Positions 1 to 9,640 of a stretch of 64,000 nt of DNA are shown piece by piece (position 1 is the first letter of the stretch; the number at the start of each line of letters is the position of its first letter). Source of the DNA: a virus (lineage: Duplodnaviria > Caudoviricetes); IMG/VR virus record IMGVR_UViG_3300031861_000001, positions 11,971-75,970 of that record; one strand, 5' to 3'. The notes beneath the pieces are model-generated. The model did not search any database. It was given only the letters and a program-made list of their open reading frames with translations, and was not told the origin of the DNA. A program made the position numbers and the translations under genes.

Positions 1-384
1 ATCATCAGTTAATACCATACCGCCTTTTACTGTTGATAGTATTTTCCTATGGTGAAAGCTTATGCAATAATAGGTATTAGGTATATACATATCCTGAGTA
101 AATCTACATGCTGAATCTACTATATTCAACGGCTTTATTGGATAACATCCCTTCCATTTTATATCTTCAAAGTGAAGCCAATATCCTAAATGCCATAAAG
201 CCTGTGGGACACTTACATATATCTGTTTAGGTAAATCTATCCTTACCTTTTTCCACATTTGCCTTTTTCTAAGATATCTAGCACACATGAATATAGCATT
301 GGTACAACTATCCATTGCAACAGCATATTTAGAACCAGCATAATCTGCTATCTTATCTTCAAACTCTGTTACGTGTCTCCACAT
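1..384 (-). CDS. DegT/DnrJ/EryC1/StrS PLP-dependent sugar aminotransferase, N-terminal part (runs off the window)
   Basis: Not in the ORF track. Manual translation from ATG at 384: MWRHVTEFEDKIADYAGSKYAVAMDSCTNA...IVDSAC...SFHHRKILSTVKGGMVLTDD, open to base 1. Matches the FE..A.Y.G..YAVA..S.T.A and SF...K....GGM..TDD (PLP lysine) motifs. Confidence 0.85.
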   Translation of the reverse strand, partial: MWRHVTEFEDKIADYAGSKYAVAMDSCTNAIFMCARYLRKRQMWKKVRIDLPKQIYVSVPQALWHLGYWLHFEDIKWKGCYPIKPLNIVDSACRFTQDMYIPNTYYCISFHHRKILSTVKGGMVLTDD

Positions 385-1261
385 CAAATATCTCGCAATA
401 ATGTTTATAATTAAATTCTATTTTATCTTTAACTGTTTTAATCTTCTTTGCAAATATATCGGGCTCCATTTGCATATAAGGTTCTATTGAATCACATAAT
501 CTACTTAGGCGTCTCCAATTTGGATCAAACACTCCGCCGTCGAAACTATAATCAAATAATTCATCATATAACTCAAAACCAAGATCTTTTAACTTAGCAT
601 GAATTCCTTGACCACCCCAAACTAAGAATGGTTTCTGAAACACTATAGGCTTCCATGTTTTTTCTGTAATAAAAAGAGTCTCAATAGTTGATTCTAATAC
701 TATATCACAATTAGTCTGATAATATTCAAGGGGTACTAATTCTTGAAATCCCCGATGATCAAATTCTATCTCTGTAAGTTTTACTATGTCAAGATTAGAA
801 AACCCGTTTTTACCTTTATATTCGATTAATGGGGTGTCCGGATGCCATTTATAATATGTTTTATTAACTTTAGAATAAGGATAATTAGAATATATAAAGT
901 ATTTATTGGTGTATAATCTATCTAATAAATTATACCTGTGTTCTCTGGGAGCGGAGCATAGGCTAATAAAATTATATTTTACAGGCCCGTGAAGTACTGG
1001 ACGATTATAATATATGTCTCTACTGCGTTGACTAATTTCTGTTAGGAAAGAATAAGGATCATATAATATTTTAAGTTTATCATTCTTCAGATTACCATCA
1101 GCAGAGTGATACGTTACTTCATTAGGTAAGTCTTCTAAAAACTTAATAATATCTTCTCTAAACACCTCCCATACATCATAGACCTCTATGGGGCCTTCAA
1201 CATTTAATAAGGGTGTTAGATCTGGATTGTTAACTGTCGGTGGGTTAATATAAAATTTCAT
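359..1261 (-). CDS. Glycosyltransferase-like protein, GT10 (alpha-1,3-fucosyltransferase-like) C-terminal motif
   Basis: LESTIETLFITEKTWKPIVFQKPFLVWG resembles the GT10 E....YITEK.W.......P.V.G motif; lies next to DegT. Confidence 0.5.
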   Translation of the reverse strand: MKFYINPPTVNNPDLTPLLNVEGPIEVYDVWEVFREDIIKFLEDLPNEVTYHSADGNLKNDKLKILYDPYSFLTEISQRSRDIYYNRPVLHGPVKYNFISLCSAPREHRYNLLDRLYTNKYFIYSNYPYSKVNKTYYKWHPDTPLIEYKGKNGFSNLDIVKLTEIEFDHRGFQELVPLEYYQTNCDIVLESTIETLFITEKTWKPIVFQKPFLVWGGQGIHAKLKDLGFELYDELFDYSFDGGVFDPNWRRLSRLCDSIEPYMQMEPDIFAKKIKTVKDKIEFNYKHYCEIFDVETRNRV

Positions 1262-1272
1262 TCATAATATGA

Positions 1273-1872
1273 TTACGAATTTGTTGACATTTGTTTCTCT
1301 GGATTGTACCAGTAAAGTGATTGATGAGGATTAACTACTACGGCTTCACTTTTATAATAAAACTGTCTCATTGTAAATCGTTGTCCGCTAATTACAGGAT
1401 TAACTCCGTGTGCGTTTGTTTCACTGTGTTTAAACATTACAGCGGAATTATGTTCTGGCATATGCTCAAAAACAACATTTTCTTTTTTTTCATCATATTG
1501 ACAGTGCTTTCCACCTTCACACTCACCAAGATATACACATAAATTAACAGCGCGATGCAGTTTAATTCTATCATTCCAATTAAAATCTATATGAGGATCA
1601 AGTTGATCTTGTGATTCCATTAAAGAAACACCTTCTCCAACACTGTAGGGGTCAACAACTAAACCATCTATACCTGACTCTTTTTCAATCCATTCTATAC
1701 ATTCTTTAGAATGAAAATGTTGTCGTATCCTATTAATAAATTTGCCCTCACCGTAATATTCTTTCATATGACTATTATTACGATTAAAGTCTTTCCATTC
1801 TTTAATAGTTTTTAATTCACTTAACAGCAGAAGGTCTAAATTTTCTTTTAAATAATTTTTATAATAATTCAT
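1273..1872 (-). CDS. 2OG-Fe(II) oxygenase
   Basis: HxD (PHIDFN), RAVNLCVYL, distal H (HGVNPV) and R (RFTMRQFYY). Confidence 0.85.
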   Translation of the reverse strand: MNYYKNYLKENLDLLLLSELKTIKEWKDFNRNNSHMKEYYGEGKFINRIRQHFHSKECIEWIEKESGIDGLVVDPYSVGEGVSLMESQDQLDPHIDFNWNDRIKLHRAVNLCVYLGECEGGKHCQYDEKKENVVFEHMPEHNSAVMFKHSETNAHGVNPVISGQRFTMRQFYYKSEAVVVNPHQSLYWYNPEKQMSTNS

Positions 1873-2081
1873 GAGGGTACAATCTCATTTGTTTGCATTA
1901 AGTGCGTCAAAATACATGAACCAACGAATTCAGCATGATCTCGATCTATAATGATGAAATCACCATCTTCATCAATGATTAGAAAATTACCAGATGCTTT
2001 AAAGGTACGCACTTCAAATTGATTTGTAACACCTATAGATTCAGTATTTTCTCTTAGTTCTTCATATTTATTCATGTGCAT
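1869..2081 (-). CDS. Hypothetical protein
   Basis: ORF track; same strand and overlaps the next gene. Confidence 0.55.
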   Translation of the reverse strand: MHMNKYEELRENTESIGVTNQFEVRTFKASGNFLIIDEDGDFIIIDRDHAEFVGSCILTHLMQTNEIVPS

Positions 2082-2104
2082 GATTCATACTATAAGAATA
2101 AATT

Positions 2105-2239
2105 CTATTTTTCTGCTTCGTCTTTTTTGTCTTCAACGGCTTTTCTATGGCGTTCAATGTTTTCATCTTTTAAGGGAAAAGGAATTATTTTCGCGGGGCC
2201 TCTTAGTTCTTGAATTTTTCTACTTATCCAATCTTTCAT
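2105..2239 (-). CDS. Small hypothetical protein (44 aa, MKDWISRKIQELRGPAKIIPFPLK...)
   Basis: Manual translation. Fills the gap; its ATG overlaps the upstream TAA (TAATG). Confidence 0.55.
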   Translation of the reverse strand: MKDWISRKIQELRGPAKIIPFPLKDENIERHRKAVEDKKDEAEK

Positions 2240-3713
2240 TAGTTAACAGCAGCATACTTTAATAAGCTTTCCCATCGTGGCATGCCTGATTTCATAATAT
2301 TAATAGCTGCCGGTAAAGTTCTCATTGTTGGTTTTGAGATTTTGCCCTCTTTGGCGAGATCTAATAATCTATTTAATACGCCACTCGCTTCTGGTTCTGT
2401 TACACCTGTATCTTTAGCAATGACTGGGACAACTTGTTTCATTCTTGTTAACATCTCATTATCAGTTAAAGTTACATCAATTAATAATGAACGAGAAATA
2501 ACTGGTTAGGGATTTTATCTGCTTTTAAATTAGAAATAAAAATAACTCTACCTTTAAATCTAAATGTAGAAGGAAGCTTTGGCAGTTTACCTTCTTCATC
2601 GCCCCCCGCCATTAAAACTTCTTCAATCCCCATCTCGATATTAGCAATTACACTTGCATCTAAGGATTGATCAATAGGAACCGTATTTCTTGAAGCCCAA
2701 GATAATTCTCTAGGCTCATCACTATCTAATGCGGCCTTTAAAAGATTTTGTGATGTTATATCTCTAAATACATCATCACAATCATCAAATACTAGTAACT
2801 TTCCATTCCTATTTAAAAAGAATGACATATACAAACCAAAAGTTGATGAAGCCCCTTTTTGAATATTATATGCTGCACCTTTTCTTAAACCAGATTTTTT
2901 AATACGTTCTAGTACAGTGAACGATTTGCCAGTTCCGCCGGCGCCAGTAACTACTAAGGACGGTCTGTCGCCATTTATTACAAGATCTGCCAAATCCGCT
3001 AAGTCTTTAAATAATACATCTACAGGTACTTTATCAACTGCCCTTTCAATTTTATCTATTACTGGTTCAATACTAGATTCTGATTCACCTTTATCAGTAT
3101 CTAGTAACATAGTAACATTAACAGATCCACGTTTACCTCTAGGCAATTTAGATAATTGATACTGATTTACCTTTCTACCTAACCTACTAGCAATAGATTT
3201 TAAATCTTTAACAGATATTTCCGCTGTGCCTAATTCATGATATGCAGCACGTGCTACTGTTGATAGATCTAATGAAGCTGCATTTTCATCTATATTTAAT
3301 TTAACTTCTCTTTGTGTGGGAGATTTTAAAAAGCTCTCTAAGGCATTAACTAATTGAATAGAATTTAACCATTCAAGGCCCATTATAACTCTATCAGGCC
3401 AATTGTAGTCCTGCTCGCCTATTTTCCACTTCAACCAATAATCACAGGAAGTTATAGCCATCTGCCTTGAATTTTTCTTTTCCCAATTTAACCTAAATGC
3501 TTCGCCTGTAGTGGAAGTAAAATATAAAATGCCGATTCCTTCACCGGTTTGAGCCTTTTTAAACTGTTGCACATAATTATCACCACCATATTGATACATC
3601 TTTTTACCAACTCTTCGTTCAAGTACAGCTTTTATTCTATCACACACAGGTTGTAAAGATGTGCCTTTAAACGTAGCTTCATGTACAGATGTCTTAAAAC
3701 TTACCAATCCCAT
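2239..3713 (-). CDS. AAA+ ATPase split by a one-base frameshift near 2505 (track ORFs 2481..3713 and 2239..2454)
   Basis: Walker A GAGGTGKS, Walker B LLVFDDCD, sensor-like FISN. The -1 frame continues PVISRSLLIDVTLTDNEMLTRMKQ, containing an SR arginine-finger-like motif. One inserted base gives a ~491-aa protein. Confidence 0.75.
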
Positions 3714-3769
3714 TCTATTACTCCCATAAATTTATATTATGTATACTCTATTTATTCAAGCGAATCTTT

Positions 3770-4888
3770 CTATGGTTTTGGTTGCATCGGAAATAATTTA
3801 GCCGCATCTACTGGAAAAACTTTTAATGTTACCTCCACCTTGCGAAAAACGCGTTTTCGTATAATCGTTAATGTAACCTTATCTCCGACATTATATTTTT
3901 CTAATGCATTAGAAAATCCTAAACCATCATTAATCATCACATCATTGACACCAATAATAGTATCATAAGCTTTCAATTCTGCTGGAACAGTGCCTGGCCT
4001 TACCCATAAACCAAGAGTATTGGGCACATGGTCAGGTTTAATATTAGGATGTTCTTTTATTATTTTATCTCTAGTTTTAGAATTAATTAATCCCATAATC
4101 ATTATGCCAACCGCAGGTCTATCAACTCTGCCGGTAGCTAACATAGATTCTAAAGCCTTTTTTACAACATCTCCTCTGACTGCTATACCAACTCCAGCAC
4201 TTTCTCTAATCTTAGATATAATCATAGAATTAATTCCTACGATTTCCCCCTTCATATTCAGAAGAGGTCCGCCAGAATTTCCTTTGTTGATTGCAGCATC
4301 AGTTTGTAATGCTTTAACATAAGGATGTCTTGAATATCTTTCATTACTTGAAATAATTCCTTTAGTTAAAGTCCAAGCCATTCCCATCGGATGACCGAAT
4401 GCAAAAACTTCGGTTCCTGGTGCTAAATTTTCTATGTCATCTGCAAATTTTATATAAGATTTTGGTTTCACATCTGATATAACCTGGAGTAATGCCAAAT
4501 CCGCAAGCGGATCTAACCCAATTACATTTACATCATGAAATTCATAATCATCTACGGAATAATAAATTAATTTTATCCAATTTTGTTGATATACGCAGTG
4601 AAAATTTGTAAGTATATGTCCAGCATCATCTACGACAACTCCTGCACATAACCCATTTGATTTGAGATCCGTTTCTGGATCAACATTAGGGCTTGTAGAA
4701 AGCATAACTATAGCCTCTTTAGCCCTTTGAATAATTGTTTCGAATTTTAACGTGTCTTTAGCTTCTACTAAAGTCAGCTCTTTCGTTTGGATTTCTGATG
4801 AGTTATCTGCAGCAAATGTTGTGCTCCAGCCAAATATTAACAATAACAAAGTATAACACATCAAACCCAAAAATTTGAATTTTTTCAT
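3770..4888 (-). CDS. htrA: HtrA/DegP-family serine protease with PDZ domain and signal peptide
   Basis: Catalytic triad contexts ILTNFHCV, DPLADLALL, AAINKGNSGGPL; C-terminal PDZ-like region (YDTIIGVNDVMI...KVTLTIIR). Confidence 0.93.
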   Translation of the reverse strand: MKKFKFLGLMCYTLLLLIFGWSTTFAADNSSEIQTKELTLVEAKDTLKFETIIQRAKEAIVMLSTSPNVDPETDLKSNGLCAGVVVDDAGHILTNFHCVYQQNWIKLIYYSVDDYEFHDVNVIGLDPLADLALLQVISDVKPKSYIKFADDIENLAPGTEVFAFGHPMGMAWTLTKGIISSNERYSRHPYVKALQTDAAINKGNSGGPLLNMKGEIVGINSMIISKIRESAGVGIAVRGDVVKKALESMLATGRVDRPAVGIMIMGLINSKTRDKIIKEHPNIKPDHVPNTLGLWVRPGTVPAELKAYDTIIGVNDVMINDGLGFSNALEKYNVGDKVTLTIIRKRVFRKVEVTLKVFPVDAAKLFPMQPKP

Positions 4889-4891
4889 GTA

Positions 4892-5431
4892 CTATCCTTG
4901 AAAAATTGTTCCCAGTTCCTCCGCGGATTCTATCGGTTTTTGGCTTTGTGGCTCTTCGGGTGAATCCTGAGGCACATCTGGAATTATTGTTTTATTATCT
5001 TTTGTTTCATTATCTGGTGTCACCATGGTTGCAAAAAAACTTGGTAATGTTTTATACTCTGCAACACATTCCATTGCTTTCAACATAAAAAAGTTTCCTG
5101 TCCAATTCATATCAGTAACTTTTTTAATATATTCCTTATATTCGATTTCTTTTCTAATTTTATCCATTACACAAAAACAATGTTCTACCATTTGTCTTTG
5201 TGCCATTGGACTCGGCACCTGACTAAGAAGAGATGGATTGCTTAATATTACCCATCTTATAGTTCCTTGGTAACACGCACCTATTGTATCATAAAGAATT
5301 TGTGATGGCCAGTTATCATTATCTAATATCTTCGGAAATCCTCCTGGAGTTCGAGGCGGATCATCTTTAGCTACAACAACCCCTCCGAAAGATAAAATCA
5401 ACACAAACATTAAAATTAGATATTTTTTCAT
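4892..5431 (-). CDS. Secreted Cys-containing hypothetical protein
   Basis: N-terminal signal peptide (MKKYLILMFVLILSFGGVVVA), four Cys, 3 nt from htrA. Confidence 0.6.
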   Translation of the reverse strand: MKKYLILMFVLILSFGGVVVAKDDPPRTPGGFPKILDNDNWPSQILYDTIGACYQGTIRWVILSNPSLLSQVPSPMAQRQMVEHCFCVMDKIRKEIEYKEYIKKVTDMNWTGNFFMLKAMECVAEYKTLPSFFATMVTPDNETKDNKTIIPDVPQDSPEEPQSQKPIESAEELGTIFQG

Positions 5432-5440
5432 AGTTCCGCC

Positions 5441-6130
5441 CTATTTTATATTATTTATTTCATTAGGTCCGTGAAATACAATTGCTCCATGTGATTTATC
5501 TTGAATGAACACTTCTCTCTTTTTCCACATTCGTTCTCTTTTTTTATGATTATTTTCTTTTAAACTCATATAACTATTATGATATTCATTTAAAAACGTA
5601 TCTACCTGCATATTAATACCCTTTGAATTTGGATCATTAATATTTCTTCTTTGTTTTTGGTGCTTATACACCCATTTAATTATATTTCTAGCGTACTCAG
5701 GAGATATCATATAAGCAGTAGCCATCGGTCTGCCCATAAAAGCTATTCCCTCATCTCTCTTATAATCACTTCCTTTTTGTATAAATTGAGCTAACTTTTG
5801 TTTTATGTCATATGGTTCTGTTATTTCAGGATTTAACCGGGCATCGTGCTCGAAACAAAAAATACTTCTGTTTAATTTTACACACCTTTTCCATAATTCA
5901 AAATGAGTGCAAAAACAAGCCTTTTCCGTTCCATGTAAGGGATGTTTTAATTTTCTTTTATTTGTAGCTACTTTAAACTCTGCGAAACGCAGTTCAGGGG
6001 AAAGAGCATCAGGAGTATAAGCAGGAAAAAGAGTTAATTCAACATCAAACACATCTTTAAAGTGTTTTAGTCCTTCACTGGCATATTTCTCAGAAATTTT
6101 ATTATCTTCAATTATATGGAGAAAAAACAT
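5441..6130 (-). CDS. GT25-like glycosyltransferase
   Basis: GTEKACFCTHFELWKRCV...IFCFEHDA matches GT25 GE.GC..SH..LW......LI.EDD; AYMISPEYA and VDTFL also fit. Confidence 0.7.
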   Translation of the reverse strand: MFFLHIIEDNKISEKYASEGLKHFKDVFDVELTLFPAYTPDALSPELRFAEFKVATNKRKLKHPLHGTEKACFCTHFELWKRCVKLNRSIFCFEHDARLNPEITEPYDIKQKLAQFIQKGSDYKRDEGIAFMGRPMATAYMISPEYARNIIKWVYKHQKQRRNINDPNSKGINMQVDTFLNEYHNSYMSLKENNHKKRERMWKKREVFIQDKSHGAIVFHGPNEINNIK

Positions 6131-6136
6131 AGAACA

Positions 6137-6376
6137 TTATGACACTTGTTCAGTATAACAATTAGGACACTTTGACATTGTTTTATTTTCAGTAGATCTG
6201 GGAGGTAAATACATAGTAAAAGGTAATCTACATGTATTACATACGAAATGTCTTACTTCAGTATTCCCAACACTAAATTCGTGATCTTGTTTAACAACGG
6301 CAGGATTAGCAATATTGGCAGTTCGATAAATTCCAATATCCTGTTGCCCATATCCTTTTTTTTCTGATCCTTTCAT
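6137..6376 (-). CDS. Small zinc-ribbon protein
   Basis: CNTC...CPNC. Confidence 0.6.
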   Translation of the reverse strand: MKGSEKKGYGQQDIGIYRTANIANPAVVKQDHEFSVGNTEVRHFVCNTCRLPFTMYLPPRSTENKTMSKCPNCYTEQVS

Positions 6377-6739
6377 CTACGGCATCCATGATGGTTTGTT
6401 TTGAAAATTGTCCTGTTTAACATTAAAACTAGTAGAGCAGCCACAAGTTGATGTCGCTGTGGGATTTTCAAACCGTGGTCCCGGAGATGATAAATCTGTA
6501 CTCCAATCTATGGTTAAACCATTAGTCAATAAATGACTTTTTTTATCAACTAGAATATTTATACCAAGTGATTCAAATTCTAAATCAAATTTACTAGGTT
6601 GTGTATCAAAAGTAAGTTTATATTCATATCCAGCACATCCGCCGCCTGTAACTTGAACTCTTAGCATAGCGTCATCTGTACCTTCATCTTCTAATAATCG
6701 ATGAAAATTTTTGCTAGCGCGCTCTGTAAGATTAATCAT
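6377..6739 (-). CDS. iscA: A-type Fe-S carrier (IscA/ErpA/HesB family)
   Basis: GGGCAGYEY and CGCSTSF motifs; MINLTERA start. Confidence 0.95.
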   Translation of the reverse strand: MINLTERASKNFHRLLEDEGTDDAMLRVQVTGGGCAGYEYKLTFDTQPSKFDLEFESLGINILVDKKSHLLTNGLTIDWSTDLSSPGPRFENPTATSTCGCSTSFNVKQDNFQNKPSWMP

Positions 6740-7910
6740 GCGTTCATCTTAGCAGCAATTGCCATTTGTCGGCGTTTTTCTTTGGATTTACCTTTAAATT
6801 GAGGAGCATCTGAATCCTGAAAATCATCAATATACTTACCCATAGAAGACTTTTTAGAAAGCTTTTCATCTACTTTTTTTTTTCGTCTTTTTTCTTGGAT
6901 ATAGATTGAGTATCTTTATATGCAGGTCTTATGCCGGCTGCAAATGATGAAGATGAGAGCTTTTCATTCGTCTCGCCTTCTCCCTTTGCCATATTACGGT
7001 ACATCTTTTTCATTATAGTAGGAGTAACCTTTTCAACTTCTAGTTCTTTCATACTATCTGGTCTCAGAATCTTTCTCAAATTCATTTTAACTTGTGATGC
7101 GCTTCCTGCTTCCACAAACGTAGGTGCAATATCTGGAATGCTAACTTTGAAAAACGCTTCTTTAAAAGCTGAAATGAGCTCAGTATCTTCAACATAACCA
7201 GAATACTTATCTTTCTTAGGATGTTGATTTGGATAGCCATGTTTCTTTATCATTTCCTTCTTCTTTTTTGTTCCGACATATCCCTCATCCTCAACTTCTT
7301 CTATATTAAGACTTGGCCATCCACCCTTTTTGAAAGATTTTTCCCACGCTAATTGAGCTTTCTTTTTATCTTTTCTCTTGACGGTTATTCTATTTCTCTT
7401 CATTGTCCATGGTATTCCTGCATCATCTAATGCCATTTTTGCTTGTAGATCCTGGCTTTCCTCAAGTGGTTTTCCATCTTTGTAATGGGCGGCATGTTTA
7501 TGATCACCTCCCCCTTTACGAATCTTATCTAATTTTTTATCATCCTGATATTTACTTACAGAATATCTTTGGCCAGTTTTTGTATTTTTAATACTATACA
7601 AACCTTCATCAACCTTTTTTTCTTTTTTCTTGTCTAAAGCTTTCTTGGTCGCAGCATTAGCAACTCCGGCGGCAACTCCACCGGCTACTGCAGGAGCAAG
7701 AGATCCGGCAGCTTTTCCTACTACTGCTTTTGCGGCTTTTCTTGCTATAAAACCAGCCGCGGCACCTGCAATTGCGGGAAGTATCTCAACTATAGGTGAA
7801 TTGTCTTCTTTAAGACTGATATGATCATCTGTTTTGTTATGTGGATTTACATATCTTTCTATAATATTATGTCGGACTTGTTTTTCTATAGAATCTTTAA
7901 ATTTTTTCAT
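6736..7910 (-). CDS. Lys-rich hypothetical protein (possible head-internal protein) with a -1-frame C-terminal extension at an A10 run
   Basis: Track ORF 6870..7910. The -1 frame continues VDEKLSKKSSMGKYIDDFQDSDAPQFKGKSKEKRRQMAIAAKMNA to a TGA overlapping the iscA ATG (ATGA). Confidence 0.65.
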
Positions 7911-8296
7911 GTCTCAATACCCTGTTTTTGTTTATAGTCCACAATTGCTGCTTTTATTGCGTCTTCTGCAAGTACAGAACAATGAATTTTTACGGGCGGA
8001 AGCGATAACTCTTCAACAATTTCTACATTATTTAAAGTCGCAGCCTCTTCGATGGATCTATTTTTAACCCACTCTGTAGCCAATGATGATGCTGCAATAG
8101 CCGAACCACAACCAAACGTTTTGAATTTAGCATCCACAATTTTATCATTATCATCTACCTTAATTTGTAATTTCATTACATCGCCACATTCAGGTGCGCC
8201 CACAAGGCCAGTTCCTACATGAATATCATTTTTATCCATGCTGCCAATATTTCTAGGTTTTTCAAAATGATCTATTACCTTATCTGAATATGCCAT
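7907..8296 (-). CDS. iscU: Fe-S cluster scaffold IscU
   Basis: YSDKVIDHFEKPRNIG, GAPECGDVMKLQI, FKTFGCGSAIAASS, LPPVKIHCSVLAEDAI. Confidence 0.97.
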   Translation of the reverse strand: MAYSDKVIDHFEKPRNIGSMDKNDIHVGTGLVGAPECGDVMKLQIKVDDNDKIVDAKFKTFGCGSAIAASSLATEWVKNRSIEEAATLNNVEIVEELSLPPVKIHCSVLAEDAIKAAIVDYKQKQGIET

Positions 8297-8302
8297 AAAC
8301 CT

Positions 8303-8689
8303 CTATTCACCTTCTCTGATTAACCATTTCTCTCGTCCATCAAGACTTGTATAGAATTTTTGTCCTTCAACATCTTCCCATTTCATTCTTGTTGTACTAA
8401 TACCTTTGATCTGTTGTTCCCAACCTGCGTCGTCTAAATCATCATATTTTGGATCATCCCACATTTTAATAATTGCCATTTCTAAACTAGCTTTTCCTAT
8501 TTCAGCACCTTGAACCCAATCTTTCCATTTCTGTTTAGTCATTCTAGGATTCATTCTGGCTAACTGTAGAATTGGAACCCAGTTAATTTTAGACCACATT
8601 TTAGGTAGAACTTCGTGGGATCCTGGCTGTTTAGGTCCGCCGACTTCTGTTAAATGAGCCGTACCTACACTTCTATATCTTAATGTCAT
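8303..8689 (-). CDS. Hypothetical protein
   Basis: ORF track; same strand, tight packing. Confidence 0.6.
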   Translation of the reverse strand: MTLRYRSVGTAHLTEVGGPKQPGSHEVLPKMWSKINWVPILQLARMNPRMTKQKWKDWVQGAEIGKASLEMAIIKMWDDPKYDDLDDAGWEQQIKGISTTRMKWEDVEGQKFYTSLDGREKWLIREGE

Positions 8690-8720
8690 TGGAATCCTTT
8701 TTTAATATTTAAATTATTTA

Positions 8721-9053
8721 TCAAGAATTGGCCTTAGGTTGATTTGAATTATAATTTAAAACACTAGCCACGAATCCATGATATACAGAAAGAGCTTCCG
8801 GACGAGGAGGAGCTATCACCATTACATGTTCTTTATCAATTTCATATCGGCCCAAATGTGCATTAACTGGAAAAGCCCCTGGTTGTAATCTCTCAACATT
8901 GCGTGCTAATTCAGAATCGTATTCAATTCCCCATCGAAATGAAACTGGCTCTATCATTTCATATATATCATCTTGTTCGTTAACCTTAGCAATCACTTCT
9001 TCGCCGGTTATTAATTTTAAAACTTTAATTTCTTCATCCATTTTCATTTTCAT
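8721..9053 (-). CDS. Conserved T4-like small protein (possibly Sm-like fold)
   Basis: IKVLKLITGEEVIAKV N-terminus recalled from T4-like phage hypotheticals; sigma70 promoter upstream. Confidence 0.55.
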   Translation of the reverse strand: MKMKMDEEIKVLKLITGEEVIAKVNEQDDIYEMIEPVSFRWGIEYDSELARNVERLQPGAFPVNAHLGRYEIDKEHVMVIAPPRPEALSVYHGFVASVLNYNSNQPKANS

Positions 9054-9083
9054 TTATTATAGAGTTCATTATCATTATATTAA

Positions 9084-9112
9084 ATTATAATATATTTTAA
9101 AATAAAAATCAA
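9084..9112 (-). promoter_or_regulatory. Sigma70-type (early) promoter TTGATT-N17-TATAAT
   Basis: Minus strand: TTGATT (9112-9107), 17-nt spacer, TATAAT (9089-9084), upstream of ORF 8721..9053. Confidence 0.65.
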
Positions 9113-9387
9113 CGTCTTTTTTTAATTTTTCTGATTTCAGTTTGACCTGTTTGACGTTGAAAACCATTATGTTGATCATGCCTTTTCTTAATTTCAGATT
9201 CTCCAGTTGGTCCCTTAAAACCATCTTGTTTGCCATTTTGAAAAGCCTCAAGTAGTGCCCTCTCTGCGAATAAAGCAATAGTTTTTTCATGATCCATAGG
9301 GAGCATGGACATGATGTAATTCATAAGACTATCTCTATATCTTCTTCTACATCTAGGATTTTGTTCTAATTTTTCTGTATAGTTCAA
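9109..9387 (-). CDS. Hypothetical protein (TTG start)
   Basis: ORF track; 4 nt from rpsU. Confidence 0.5.
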   Translation of the reverse strand: MNYTEKLEQNPRCRRRYRDSLMNYIMSMLPMDHEKTIALFAERALLEAFQNGKQDGFKGPTGESEIKKRHDQHNGFQRQTGQTEIRKIKKRR

Positions 9388-9391
9388 ATGG

Positions 9392-9640
9392 TTATCCCCA
9401 CATTTGTTGTTCTAAGCGTTCTATTTGTTTGAGATCCTTACGGACATCTTTTATTCGCTGCCTCTCAGCCTCTTCACGTTTTAACCTTTTTTGCATTGAT
9501 GGTTTTACATAATATCTTCGTTTTTTTACCTCATTAAGAATACCCTCACGAGAAACAATTTGTTTTAACTTTTGTAAAGCTTTAATTACTTTCCCTTGAT
9601 TATCACGATTATCCTTATGCGAAATCTTTACTGTAATCAT
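9392..9640 (-). CDS. rpsU: Ribosomal protein bS21
   Basis: MITVKI...ALQKLKQIVSREGILNEVKKRRYYVKPSMQKRLKREEA matches the bS21 signature (AL..FK......GI..E.R.R.YYEKPS..R..K). Confidence 0.9.
   Translation of the reverse strand: MITVKISHKDNRDNQGKVIKALQKLKQIVSREGILNEVKKRRYYVKPSMQKRLKREEAERQRIKDVRKDLKQIERLEQQMWG

Noticed and set aside
9109-9387. gp33 late co-activator
   Set aside because: Similar size, but I do not see the gp33 pattern.
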